Made by a program: the position numbers and the translations under genes | Assembly: GCF_009834535.1 (NCBI RefSeq) | Contig: NC_045697.1 | Coordinates: 120,902,001 to 120,966,000 of the forward strand | DNA: 64,000 bases | From: Camelus ferus | Lineage: Eukaryota | Direction: 5' to 3' | The notes under the pieces: generated by a model | Told to the model about the DNA's origin: nothing | The model's database searches: none | The model's input: the letters and a program-made list of their open reading frames with translations, nothing else | In this document: positions 25,301 to 38,800 of the stretch, piece after piece | Layout of the letters: every line of letters starts with the position of its first letter | How positions within the stretch are numbered: position 1 is the stretch's first letter

Positions 25301-28300
25301 ACTCCGCTAATTGCCTTCCCTGTCCAGGGGGAGGCCCTAGATGCTACCTGCTTTTCCAGCCCAAAACCCGCCTTTCCCGGCAGCTCGCACAAGGAGACAC
25401 TCGGGGAAGACACGCGGAGGGCTCCTGGGAGATCCCAGGCGCTGTAGACAGAGGACTGAACCTCCCCACACTCCGAATTCTGGAACACGCCCAAGCGGGT
25501 GGGGGAGTTTTGGGGCCGCCCTCCACGAACCTGCCTAGTGTCACAGGTGTTCCCTGGCAGGGGGAAGTCCGCTAAATACCTCCCCTTTCTAGGGGGAGAC
25601 ACTAGATTCTACCTGCGTTTCCAGTACAATCCCCGCCTTTCCCTGGCAGCCCGTACAAGCAGACACTCGGGGAAGACACGCGGATTGCTCCTTGGAAATC
25701 CCAGGCGCTGCAGACAGAGGTCGAAACATTTCCACAATCAGAATTCTGGAACCCGGGCGTTGGGTCGGGGAGATTTGGGGCCGCCCTCCACGAACCTGCC
25801 TACTGTCACAGGTGTTCTCTGGCAGGGGTAATTCAGTTAATTACCTCCCCTGTCAAGGTGGAGGCACTAGATGCTACCTGCTTTTCCAGCCCAATCCCAA
25901 TCTTTCCCCGGCAGCCCTCAGTAGTGGAAATCGGGTAAGACATGCGGAGTGTTCCTAGGAGATCCCAGGTGCTGCAGACAGAGGACGGAACCTCCCCACA
26001 CTCAGAATTATGGAACACGGCCGAGTGGGTGGGGGAAGTTTGGGGCCGCCCACCACGCAGCTGTCTACTGTCACAGGTGTTCTCTGGCAGGGGTAAGTCC
26101 GCTAATTACCTCACATGTCTAGGGGGATGCCATAGATGCTACTTGCATTTCCAGCCCAACCCCCGTCTTTCCCCGGCAGCCCGCACAAGGAGACACTCGG
26201 GGAATACACACGAAAAGTTCCTAGGAGATCCGAGGCGCTGAAGAAAAAGTCGGAACATCCCCACAGTCAGAATTCTGAAATGCGGCCGTTGGTTCCGGGA
26301 GGTCTGGGGCAGCCATCAATGCGGCTGCCTGGTGTCACATGTTTTCCCTGGCATGAGGAAATCCGCTAATACCTCTCCTGTCTAGGATGAGGCACTAGAT
26401 GCTACCTGCATTTCCAGCTCAATCCCCGCATTTCCCCTGCAGAGCGCACTAGGAGAAACTCGGGGAATAGACGCGGAGGGCTCCTAGGAGATCCCAGTCT
26501 CTGCAGACAGAGGACGGAACCTCCCCACACTCAGAATTACGGAACACGACGTGTGGGTGGGGGGAGTTTTGGGGCTGCCCTCCACGCAGCTGCCTACTTT
26601 CACAGGTGTTCTCTGGCAGGGGTAAGTCCGCTAATTACCTCCCCTCTCCAGGTGGATGCCCTAGATGCTACTTGCATTTCCAGCCCAACCCCCGCCTTTC
26701 CCCGGTAGCCCGCACAAGGAGTCACTCCGGGAAGACACTGGGAGGGCTCCTAGGAGATCCCAGGCGCTGAAGACAGAGGTCGGAACATCCCCACTGTCAG
26801 AATTCTGAAATGCGGCCGTTTGGTCAGGGAGGACTGGGGCAGCAATCAATGCAGGTGCCTGGTGTCACATGTTTTCCCTGGCATGAGGAATTCCGCTAAT
26901 ACCTCTCATGTCAAGGGAGATGCACTAGATGCTACCTGCATTTCCAGCCCAACCCCCGCATTTTCCTGTCTGCCCGCACTAGGAGACAATCGGGGAAGGC
27001 ACGCGGACGGCTACAATGAGATCTAAGGCGCTGCATACAGAGGACGGAAACTCCCCACACTCAGAATTCCAGAACAAGGCCAAGTGGGTGTGGGAGGTTT
27101 GGGGCCGCCCTCCACGCAGCTGCCTCTTGTCACAGGTGTTCCCTGGCAGGGTGAAGTCCGCTAATTACCTTCCCCGTCCAGGGGGATGCACTACATGCTA
27201 ACTGGATTTCCAGGCCAACCCCCGCATTTCCCTGGCTCCCCGCACTAGGATACACTCGGGGAAGGCACACGGAGGGCTCCTAGGAGATCCCAGTTGCTGC
27301 AGACAGAGGACGGAACATCTCCACTCTCAAAATTCCGAAACAAGGCCGAGTGGTTAGGGGAGGTTTGGGGTGGCTCTCCATGTAGCTGCCTGGTGTCACA
27401 GGTGTTCCCTGGAAGGAGGAATTCTGCTAATTACCTCCCCTGTTCAGGGGGAGGCACTACATGCTACCTGAAACTCTAGCCCTACCCCCGCCTTTCCCCG
27501 GCATCCAGCAAGAGGAGACACTCGGGGAAGACATGCCGAGTGCTCCTAGGAGATCCCAATAGCTGCAGAGAGAATACGGAACTTCCCCACCCTCAGAAAA
27601 ACGGAACGCGGCCGAGTGTTTTTGGAGGTTTGGGGCCGCCCTCCACGCAGCTGCCTCTTGTCTCAGGTGTTCCCTGGCAGGGTGAAGTACGCTAATTACC
27701 TTCCCCGTCCAGGGGGAGGCACTACATGCTACCTGGATTTCCATCCCAACCCCCGCATTTCCCTGGCTCCCCGCACTAGGATACACTCAGGGAAGGCAGG
27801 CGGATGGCTCCTAGGAGAACCCAGGCACTGCAGAAACAAGACCGAACCTCCCCACACTCAGAATTCCGGAACATGGCCGAGTGGTTAGGGGAGGTTTGGG
27901 GCCGACCTCCAGCAGCTGCCTGTTGTCACAGGTGTTCCATGGCAGGGAGAATTCCGCTTTTACCTCTCCTGTCCTGGGGGAGTCCCTAGATGCTACCTGC
28001 AATTCCAGCACAACACCAGGCTTTCCCTGCAGCTCGCACTAGGAGACACTCGGGGAATACACGCGGAGGGCTCCTAGGTGATCCCAGTCACTGCAGAAAG
28101 AGATCGGAACATCCCCACATTCAGAATTCTAGAATGCGGCCGTTTGGTCGGGGAGGTCTGGTGCCGCCCTCAATGCAGCTGCCTGGTGTCACATGTTTTC
28201 CCTGGCATGGGGAAGTCCGCTAATTAACTCCCCTGTCTAGGGGGAGGCACTAGATGCTACCTGCATTTCGAGCCCAATCCCCGCATTTTCCCGGCAGGCC

Positions 28301-31300
28301 GCAATAGGAGACACTCGGGGAAGACACGCGGAGGGCTCCTAGGAGATCCCAGGTGCTGCAGACAGAGGACGGAACCTCTCCACACTCAAAATTCCGAAAC
28401 AAGGCCGATTGGTTTGGGGAGGTTTGGGGCGGCCTACCACGCAGCTGCCTTGTGTCACAGGTGTTCCCTGGAAGTGGAAATTCCACTAATTACCTCCCCT
28501 GTTCAGGGGGAGGCACTACATGCTACCTGCAATTCCAGCCCTACCCCCGCAGTTCCCCGGCATCCAGCAAGAGGAGACACTCGGGGAAGACATGCGGAGT
28601 GCTCCTATGAGATCCCAATAGCTGCAGAGAGAGTACGGAACTTCCCCACCCTCAGAAAAACGGAACGCGGCCGAGGGTTTTCGGGAGGTTTGGGCCGAAA
28701 TCCACGCAGCTGCCTTGTGTCACAGGTGTTCCATGGCAGGGGGAATTCCGCTTTTATCTCTCCTGTCCAGGGGGATTCGCTAGATGCTACCTGCAATTCC
28801 AGCACAACACCAGGCTTTCCCTGCAGCCCGCACAAGGAGACACTCGGGGAAGACACGCGGAGGGCTCCTAGGAGATCCCAGGTGCTGCAGACAGAGTACG
28901 GACCTCCCCACACTCAGAATTCCGGAACGAGGCCGAGTGGGTGGGAGAGGTTTGGTACCACCCTCCACGCAGCTGCAGGGTGTTTCATGTGTTTCCTTGC
29001 AGGGGGAAGTCCGCTAATTTCCTCCCCCGTCCAGGGGGAGGCCCTACATGCCACCTGGTTTTCCAGGCCAACCGCCAATTTTCCCCGGCACCCCGCATTA
29101 GGAGACACTCGGGGAAGACACGTGGAGGGCTCGTATGACATCCCAGGCGCTGCAGACACAGGACGGAACCTCCCCACACTCAGAATTCTGGAACACGGCA
29201 GAGTGGGTGGGGGAGGTTTGGGACCGACCTCCACGCAGCTTCCTCTTGTCACAGGTGTTCCATGGCAGGGGAAGTCGGCTAATTACATCTCATGTCCACG
29301 GGGAGTCACTAGATGATAACTGCATTTTCAGCCCAACCCCTCATTTCCATGTCTGCCCGCACTAGGAGACACTCGGGGAAGGCACGCGGAGGGCTCTTTT
29401 GAGATCTCAGGCGCTGCAGATAGAGGACGGAACCTCCCCACACTCAGAATTCCAGAACAAGGCCGAGTGGGTGTGGGAGGTTTGGGGCCGCCCTCCACGC
29501 AGCTGCCTCTTGTCACAGGTGTTCCCTGGCTGGGTGAAGTACGCTAATTACCTTCGCCGTCCAGTGGGAGGCACTATATGCTACCTGGATTTCCATCCCA
29601 ACCCCCACTTTTCCCCGGCTCCCCGCACTAGTATACACTCCGGGAAGGCACGCGGAGGGCTCCTAGGAGATCCTAGGCGCTGCAGGAACAAGACCGAACC
29701 TCCCCACACTCAGAATTCCGGAACGTGGCCGAGTGGTTAGGGGAGGTTTGGGGCCGAACTCCACGCAGCTGCCTGTTGTCACAGGTGTTCCATGGCAGGG
29801 AGAATTCCGCTTTTACCTCTCCTGTCCTGGGGGAGTCCCTAGATGCTACCTGCAATTCCAGCACAACACCAGGCTTTCCCTGCAGCTCGCACTAGGAGAC
29901 ACTCGGGGAATACACGCGGAGGGCTCCTAGGTGATCCCAGGCCCTGCCGACAGAGGTCGGAACATCCCCACATTCAGAATTCTGAAATGCGGCCGTTTGG
30001 TCGGGGAGGCCTGGTGCCGCCCTCAATGCAGATGCCTGGTGTCAAATGTTTTCCCTGGCATGGGGAAGTCCGCTAATTTACTCCCTTGTCTAGGGGAGGC
30101 ACTAGATGCTACCTGCATTTCGAGCCCAATCCCCGCATTTCCCCGGCAGCCCGCACTAGGAGACACTCGGGGAAGACACGCGTAGGGCTCCTAGGAGATC
30201 CCAGGCGCTGCAGACAGAGGTCGGAACATCCCCACACTCCGAATTCTGGAACACGCCCAAGTGGTTGGGGGAGGTTTGGGGCCGCCCTCCACGAACCTGC
30301 CTAGTGTCACAGGTGTTCTCTGGCAGGGGTAAGTCCGCTAATTACCTCCCCTGTCAAGGTGGAGGCACTAGATGCTACCTGCTTTTCCAGCCCAATCCCA
30401 AAATTTCCCAGGCAGCCCACAGTAGAGGAAATCGGGTAAGACATGCGGAGTGTTCCTAGGAGGTCCCAGGTGCTGCAGACAGAGGACGGAACCTTCCCAC
30501 ACTCAGAATTACGGAACACGACGTGTGATTGGGGGGAGTTTTTGGGCTGCCCTCCACGCAGCTGCCTACTTTCACAGGTGTTCTCTCGCAGGGGTAAGTC
30601 CGCTAAATACCTCCACTGTCCAGGGTGATGCCCTAGATGGTACTTGCATTTCCAGCCCAACCACCGCCTTTCCCCGGCAGCCCGCAAAAGGAAACACTCG
30701 GGGAAGACACGCGGAGGGCTCCTAGGAGTTCCCAGGCGCTGAAGACAGAGGTCGGAACATCCCCACAGTCAGAATTCTGGAATGCGGCCGTTGGGTCGGG
30801 GAGGATTTTGGCAGCCATCAATGCAGCTGACTGGTGTCACATGTTTTCCCTGGCATGAGGAATTCCGCTAATACCTCTCCTGTCAAGGGAGAGGCACTAG
30901 ATGCTACCTGCATTTCCAGCCCAACCCCCGCATTTTCCTGTCTGCCTGCACTAGGAGACACTCGGGGAAGGCACGCGGACGGCTTCTATGAGATCTAAGG
31001 CGCTGCATACAGAGGACGGAACCTCCCCACACTCAGAAATCCAGAACAAGGCCAAGTGGGTTTGGGAGGTTTGGGGCTGCCCTCCACGCAGCTGCCTGTT
31101 GTCACAGGTGTTCCCTGGCAGGGTGAAGACCGCTAATTACCTTCCCCGTCCAGGGGGTGGAACTAAATGCTACCTGGATTTCCGTCCCCACACCCGCCTT
31201 TCCCCGACTCTCCGAACTAGGATACACTCAGCGAAGGCACGCGGAGGGCTCCTAGGGGATCCCAGGTGCTGCAGACAGAGGACGGAACCTCTCCACACTC

Positions 31301-34300
31301 AAAATTCCGAAACAAGGCCGAGTGGTTAGGGGAGGTTTAGGGCGGCCCTCCACGAAGCTGCCTGGTGTCACAGGTGTTCCCTGGAAGGGGGAAGTCCGCT
31401 AATAACCTCCCCTGTTCAGGGGGAGGCACTACATGCTACCTGCAATTCCAGCCCTACCCCCGCCGTTCCCCGGCATCCAGCAAGAGGAGACACTCGGGGA
31501 AGACATGCGGAGTGCTCCTAGGAGATCCCAATAGCTGCAGAGAGAGTACGGAACTTCCCCACCCTCAGAAAAACGGAACGCGGCCGAGTGTTTTGGGGAG
31601 GTTTGGGGCCGACATCCATGCAGCTGCCTTTTGTCACAGGTGTTCCATGGCAGGGGGAATTCCGCTTTTATCTCTCCTGTCCAGGGGGATTCGCTAGATG
31701 CTACCTGTAATTCCAGCACAACACAAGGCTTTCCCTGCAGCCCGATCTAGGAGACACTAGGGGAATACATGTGGAGGGTCGTAGGTGATCCCAGGCACTG
31801 CAGACATAATACGGTACCTCCCAACAGTCAGAATTCTGGAACACGGCAGAGTGGTTAGGGGAGATTTGGGGCCGACCTCCACATCTGCCTGGAGTCACAG
31901 GTGTTCCCTGGCAGGGGTAAGTCCGCTAATTACCTCCCCTGCCCAGGTTGAGGCACTAAAAGCTACCTGCATTTCCAGCCCAACCCCCGCTTTTCCCCGG
32001 AAGCCCGCACAAGGAGACTCACGGGGAAGACACGCGGAGGGCTCCTAGGAGATCCCAGGTGCTGCAGAGTACGGACCTCCCCACACTCAGAATTCCAGAA
32101 CAAGGCCGAGTGGGTGGGGGATGTTTGGGGCCGCCCTCCACGCAGTTGCCAGGTGTTACATGTGTTTCCTTGCAGGGGAACTCCGCTAATTTCCTTCCCT
32201 GTCCTGGGGGAGGCCCTACATGCTACATGCTACCTGCATTTCCAGGCCAACTGCCAAATTTCCCCAGCACCCCGCACTAGGAGACACTCGGGGAAGACAC
32301 GCGGTTGGCTCCTAGGAGATCCCAGGCGCTGCAGGAACAAGACCAAACCTCCCCACTCTCAGAATTCCGGAACGTGACCGAGTGTTTAGGGGAGGTTTGG
32401 GGCCGACCTCCACGCAGCTGCCTGTTGTCACAGGTGTTCCATGGCAGGGAGAATTCCGCTTTTACCTCTCTTGTCCTGGGGGAGTCCCTAGATGCTACCT
32501 GCAATTCCAGCACAACACCAGGCTTTCCCTGCAGCTCGCACTAGGAGACACTCGGGGAATACACGCGGAGGGCTCCTAGGTGATCCCAGGCCCTGCAGAC
32601 AGAGGTCGGAACATCCCCACATTCAGAATTCTGGAATGTGGCCGTTTGGTCGGGGAGGTCTGGTGCCGCCCTCAATGCAGCTGCCTGGTGTCACATGTTT
32701 TCCCTGGCATGGGGAAGTCCGCTAATTAACTCCCCTGTCTAGGTGGAGGCACTAGATGCTACCTGCATTTGGAGCCCAATCCCCGCATTTCCCCGGCAGC
32801 CCGCACTAGGAGACACTCGGTGAAGACACGCGTAAGGCTCCTAGGAAATCCCAGGCGCTGCAGACAGAGGTCGGAACATCCCCACAATCAGAATTCTGGA
32901 ACCCGGCCGTTGGATAGGGGAGATTTGGGGCCGCACCCACGAACCTGCCTATTGTCACAGGTGTTCTCTGGCAGGGTAAGTCCACTAATTACCTCCCCTG
33001 TCAAGGTGGAGGCACTAGATGCTACCTTCTTTTCCAGCCCAATCCCAAACTTTCCCCGGCAGCCCACAGTAGAGGAAATCGGGTAAGACATGCGGAGTGT
33101 TCCTAGGAGATCCCAGGTGCTGCAGACAGAGGACGGAACCTCCCCACACTCAGAATTACGGAACACGGCCTAGTGGGTGGGGAAGGTTTGGGGCCGCCCT
33201 CCACGCAGCTGCCTACTGTCACAGGTGTTCTCTGGCAGGGGTAAGTCCGCTAATACCTCCCCTGTCCAGGGGGATGCCCTAGATGCTACTTGCATTTCTA
33301 CACCAACACCCGCCTTTCCCCGGCAGCTCACACAAAGAGACACTCGGGGAAGACACGCGGAGAGCTCCTAGGAGATCCCAGGCGCTGAAGACAGGTCGGA
33401 ACATCCCCACAGTCAGAATTCTGGAATGCGGCCGTTGGGTCCGGGAGGTCTGGGGCAGCCATCAATGCAGCTGCCTGGTGTCACGTGTTTTCCCTGTCAT
33501 GAGGAATTCCGCTAATATCTCTCCTGTCACGGGAGAGGCACTAGATGCTACCTGCATTTCCAGCCCAATCCCCGCATTTCCCCTGCAGAGCGCACAAGGA
33601 GAAACTCGGGGAATATACACGGAGGGCTCCTAGGAGATCCCAGTCTCTGCAGACAGAGGACGGAACCTCCACACACTCAGAATTACGGAACACGACTTGT
33701 GGGTGGGGGGAGTTTTGGGGCTGCCCTCCACGCAGCTGCCTACTTTCACAGGTGTTCTATGGCAGGTGTAAGTCCGCTAACTTCCTCCCCTCTCCAGGGG
33801 GAGGCCCTACATGCTACCTGCATTTCGAGGCCAACAGCCAAATTTCTCCGGCACCCCGCACTAGGAGACACTCGGGGAAGACACGTGGAGGGCTCATATG
33901 ACATCCCAGGCGCTGCAGACAGAGGACGGAACCTCCCCACACTCAGAATTCTGGAACACGGCAGAGTGGGTGGGGGAGGTTTGGCACCGCCCTCCACGCA
34001 GCTGCCTCTTGTCACAGGTGTTCCCTGGCAGGGGAAGTCGGCTAATTACCTCTCATGTCCACGGGGATTCACTAGATGATACCTGCATTTTCAGCCCAAC
34101 CCCCGCATTTCCCTGTCTGCCCGCACTGGGAGACACTCGGTGAAGGCACGCGGAGGGCTCCTATGAGATCTCAGGCGCTGCAGATAGAGGACGGAACCTC
34201 CCCACACTCAGAATTCCAGAACAAGGCCGAGTGGGTGTGGGAGGTTTGGTGCCGCACTACACGCAGCTGCCTCTTGTCACAGGTGTTCCCTGGAAGGGGG

Positions 34301-35834
34301 ATGTCCGCTAATTACCTCCCCTGACCACGGGATGGAACTACATTCAACCTGTTTTTCCAGCCCAACCCCACTCTTTCCCTGGAATCCCGCAATACATTAC
34401 ACTCGGGGAAGACACGCGGAGGGCTCCTAGGGGATCCCTGGCGCTGCAGGAACAAGACCGAACATCCCCACTCTCAGAATTCCGGGACGTGGCGGAGATT
34501 GTGGGGGAGGTTTGGGGACTCCATCCACGAAGCTACCTGGGGTCACAGGTGTTCCCTGGCAGGGTGAATTCCGCTAATTATATCCCTGTCCAGGGGGAGT
34601 CACCAAATGCTACCTGCATTTCCAGCCCAACCCCGGACTTTCCCCATTACCCCGCACTAGGACACACTCGGGGAAGACACGCGGATTTCTACTACGAGAT
34701 CCCAGGCACTGCAGATAGAGGAGGGAACCTCCCAACACTCAGAAATGCGGAATAAGGCCGAGTGTGTGGGGGAGGTTTGGGACCGCCCTCCACGAAGCTG
34801 CCTCTTCTCACAGGTGTTCCCTGGCAGGGGAAGTCCGCTAATTACCTCTCATGTCCACGGGGAGTCACTAGATGATACCTGCATTTTCAGCCCAACCCCC
34901 GCATTTCCCTGTCTGCCCGCATTAGGAGACACTCGGGGAAGGCACGCGGAGGGCTCCTATGAGATCTCAGGCACTGCAGATAGAAGACAGAACCTCCCCA
35001 CACTCAGAATTCCACAACAAGGCCGAGTGGGTGTGGGAGCTTTGGGGCCGCCCTCCACGCAGCTGCCTCTTGTCACAGGTGTTCCCTGGTAGGGTGAATT
35101 ACGCTAATTACCTTACCCGTCCAGGGGGAGGCACTACATGCTACCTGGTTTTCCATCCCAACCCCCGCCTTTCCCCGGCTCACCGCACTAGGATACACTG
35201 GGGGAAGTCACGCGGAGGGCTCCTAGGAGATCCCAGGCGCTGCAGGAACAAGACCGAACCTCCCCACACTCAGAATTCCGGAACATGGCCGAGTGGTTAG
35301 GGGAGGTTTGGGGCCGACCTCCACGCAGCTGCCTGTTGTCACAGGTGTTCCATGGCAGGGAGAATTCCGCTTTTACCTCTCCTGTCCTGGGGGAGTCCCT
35401 AGATGCTACCTGCAATTCCAGCACAACACCAGGCTTTCCCTGCAGCTCGCACTAGGACACACTCGGGGAAGACACGCGGATTTCTACTACGAGATCCCAG
35501 GCGCTGCAGACAGAGGACGGAACCTCCCAACACTCAGAAATGCGGAATAAGGCCGAGTGTGTGGGGGAGGTTTGGGATCACACTCCACGAAGCTGCCTGG
35601 TGTCACAGGTGTTCCCTGGCAGTGGGAAGTTCACTAATTTCCTCCCCTGTCCAGGGGGAGGCACTAAATGATACCTGCTTTTCCAGCACAACCCCCGACT
35701 TTCCTGGCATCCCGCACTAGGAGACACTCGGGGAAGACACGCAGAGGGCTCCTAGGAGATCCCAGGCTCTGCAGACAGAGTACGGACCTCCCCACACTCA
35801 GAATTCCGGAACACGTCCGAGTTGATTGGGGAGA
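22376..35834 (+). repeat. Patchwork satellite zone with no stable HOR period; short monomer blocks reused at irregular integer-monomer spacings
   Basis: Matching blocks at 27294/28353 (4 monomers apart), 27990/29843/32492 (7 and 10 apart), 27016/30988 (15 apart), 32492/35932 (13 apart) and 33283/36990 (14 apart). More private substitutions and indels than in the HOR blocks. Confidence 0.75.
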
Positions 35835-38800
35835 TTTGGGGCCGCCCTCCACGAAGCTGCCTGGTATCACATGTGTTCCCTGGCAGGGGGAAGTCCGCAA
35901 ATTACATCCCCTGTCCAGGGGGAGGCACTAGATGCTACCTGCAATTCCAGGACAACACCAGGCTTTCCCTGCAGCTCGCACTAGGAGACACTCGGGGAAT
36001 ACACGCGGAGGGCTCCTAGGTGATCCCAGGCCCTGCAGACAGAGGTCGGAACATCCCCACATTCAGAATTCTGGAATGTGGCCGTATGGTCGGGGAGGTC
36101 TGGTGCCGCAATCAATGCAGCTGCCTGGTGTCACATGTTTTCCCTGGCATGGGGAAGTCCGCTAATTAACTCCCCTGTCTAGGGGTAGGCACTAGATGCT
36201 ACCTGCATTTGGAGCCCAATCCCCGCATTTCCCCGGCAGCCCGCACTAGGAGACACTCGGTGAAGACACGCGTAAGGCTCCTAGGAAATCCCAGGCGCTG
36301 CAGACAGAGGTCGGAACATCCCCACAATCAGAATTCTGGAACACGGCCGTTGGATAGGGGAGATTTGGGGCCACACCCACGAACCTGCCTATTATCACAG
36401 GTGTTCTCTGGCAGGGGTAAGTCCGCTAATTACCTCCCCTGTCAAGGTGGAGGCACTAGATGTTACCTGCTTTTCCAGGCCAATCCCAACTTTTCCCCGG
36501 CAGCCCACAGTAGAGGAAATCGGGTAAGACATGCGGAGTGCTCCTAAGAGATCCCAGGTGCTGCAGACAGAGGACGGAACCTCCCCACACTCAGAATTAC
36601 GGAACACGGCCGAGTGGGTGGGGGAGGTTTGGGGCCGCCCTCCACGCAGCTGCCTGTTGGCACAGGTGTTCCCTGGCAGGGGGAACTCCGCTAATTACCT
36701 CACATGTCCAGGGGGATGCCATAGATGCTACCTGCATTTCCAGCCCAACCCCCGTCTTTCCCCGGCAGCCCGCACAAGGAGACACTCGGGGAAGACAAGT
36801 GGAGGGCTCCTAGGAGATCCCAGGTGCTGCAGACAGAGGACGGAACCTCCCCACACTCAGAATTACGGAACACGTCCTAGTGGGTGGGGGAGGTTTGGGG
36901 CCGCCCTCCACGCAGCTGCCTACTGTCACAGGTGTTCTCTGGCAGGGGTAAGTACGCTAATACCTCCCCTGTCCAGGGGGATGCCCTAGATGCTACTTGC
37001 ATTTCTACACCAACACCCGCCTTTCCCCGGCAGCTCACACAAAGAGACACTCGGGGAAGACAGGCGGAGAGCTCCTAGGAGATCCCAGGCGCTGAAGACA
37101 GGTCGGAACATCCCCACAGTCAGAATTCTGGAATGCGGTCTTTGGGTCCGGGAGGTCTGGGGCAGCCATCAATGCAGCTGCCTGGTGTCACAAGTTTTCC
37201 CTGGCATGAGGAATTCCGCTAATATCTCTCCTGTCACGGGAGAGGCACTAGATGCTACCTGCATTTCCAGCCCAATCCCCGCATTTCCCCTGCAGAGCGC
37301 ACAAGGAGAAACTCGGGGAATAGACACGGAGGGCTCCTAGGAGATCCCAGTCTCTGCAGACAGAGGACGGAACCTCCACACACTCAGAATTACGGAACAC
37401 GACTTGTGGGTGGGGGGAGTTTTGGGGCTGCCCTCCACGCAGCTGCCTACTTTCACAGGTGTTCTATGGCAGGTGTAAGCCCGCTAATTTCCTCCCCTGT
37501 CCAGGGGGAGGCCCTACATGCTACCTGCATATCGAGGCCAACAGCCAAATTTCCCCGGCACCCCGCACTAGGAGACACTCGGGGAAGACACGTGGAGGGC
37601 TCCTATGACATCCTAGGCGCTGCAGACAGAGGACGGAACGTCCCCACACTCAGAATTCTGGAACACGGCAGAGTGGGTGGGGGAGGTTTGGGACCGCCCT
37701 CCACGCAGCTGCCTCTTGTCACAGGTGTTCCCTGGCAGGGGAAGTCGGGTAATTACCTCCCGTGTCAAGGTGGAGGCACTAGATGCTACCTGCATTTCGA
37801 GCCCAATCCCCGCATTTCCCCGGCAGCCCGCACTAGGAGACACTCGGGGAAGACACGCGTAGGGCTCCTAGGAGATCCCAGGCGCTGCAGACAGAGGTCG
37901 GTACATCTCCACAATCAGAATTCTGGAACCCGGCATTTGGGTCGGGAAATTTGGGGCCGCCCTCCACGCACCTGCCTGGTGTCACTGGTGTTCCCTGGCA
38001 GGGGGAAGTCCGCTAATTACCTCATCTGTCCAGGGGGAGGCACTAGATGCTACCTGCATTTCCAGCACAACCCCCGCATTTCCCTGGGAGTTCGCACTAG
38101 GAGACACTCGGGGAAGACACGCGGAAGGCTCCTAGGAGATCCCAGGCTCTGCATACCGAGGATGGAACCTCCCCACACTCAGAATTACGGAACACGTCCG
38201 AGTGGGTGGGGGAGTTTTGGGGCCGGCCTCCACGCAGCTGCCTGTTGGCACAGGTGTTCCTTGGCAGGGGGAACTCCGCTAATTACCTCACATGTCCAGG
38301 GGGATGCCATAGATGCTACCTGCATTTCCAGCCCAACCCCCGTCTTTCCCCGGCAGCCCGCACAAGGAGACACTCGGGGAAGACACGAGGAGGGCTCCTA
38401 GGAGATCCCAGGCGCTGAAGACAGAGGTCGGAAAATCCCCACAGTCAGAATTCTGGAATACGGCCGTTGGGTCGGGGAGGTCTGGGGCAGCCATCAATGC
38501 ATCTGCCTGGTGTCACATGTTTTCCCTGGCATGAGGAATTCCGCTAATACCTCTCCTGTCTAGGGAGAGGCACTAGATGCTACATGCATTTCCAGCACAA
38601 CCCCCGCATTTCCCTTGCAGCCCGCACTAAGAAACATTCGGGAAGACACGCGGAGGGCTCCTAGGAGATCCCAGGTGCTGCAGACAGAGGACGGAACCTC
38701 TCCACACTCAAATTCCGGAACGAGGCCGAGTGGGTGGGGGAGGTTTAGGGCCGCCCTCCACGCAGTTGCCGGGTGTTACATGTGTTTCCTTGCAGGGGGA

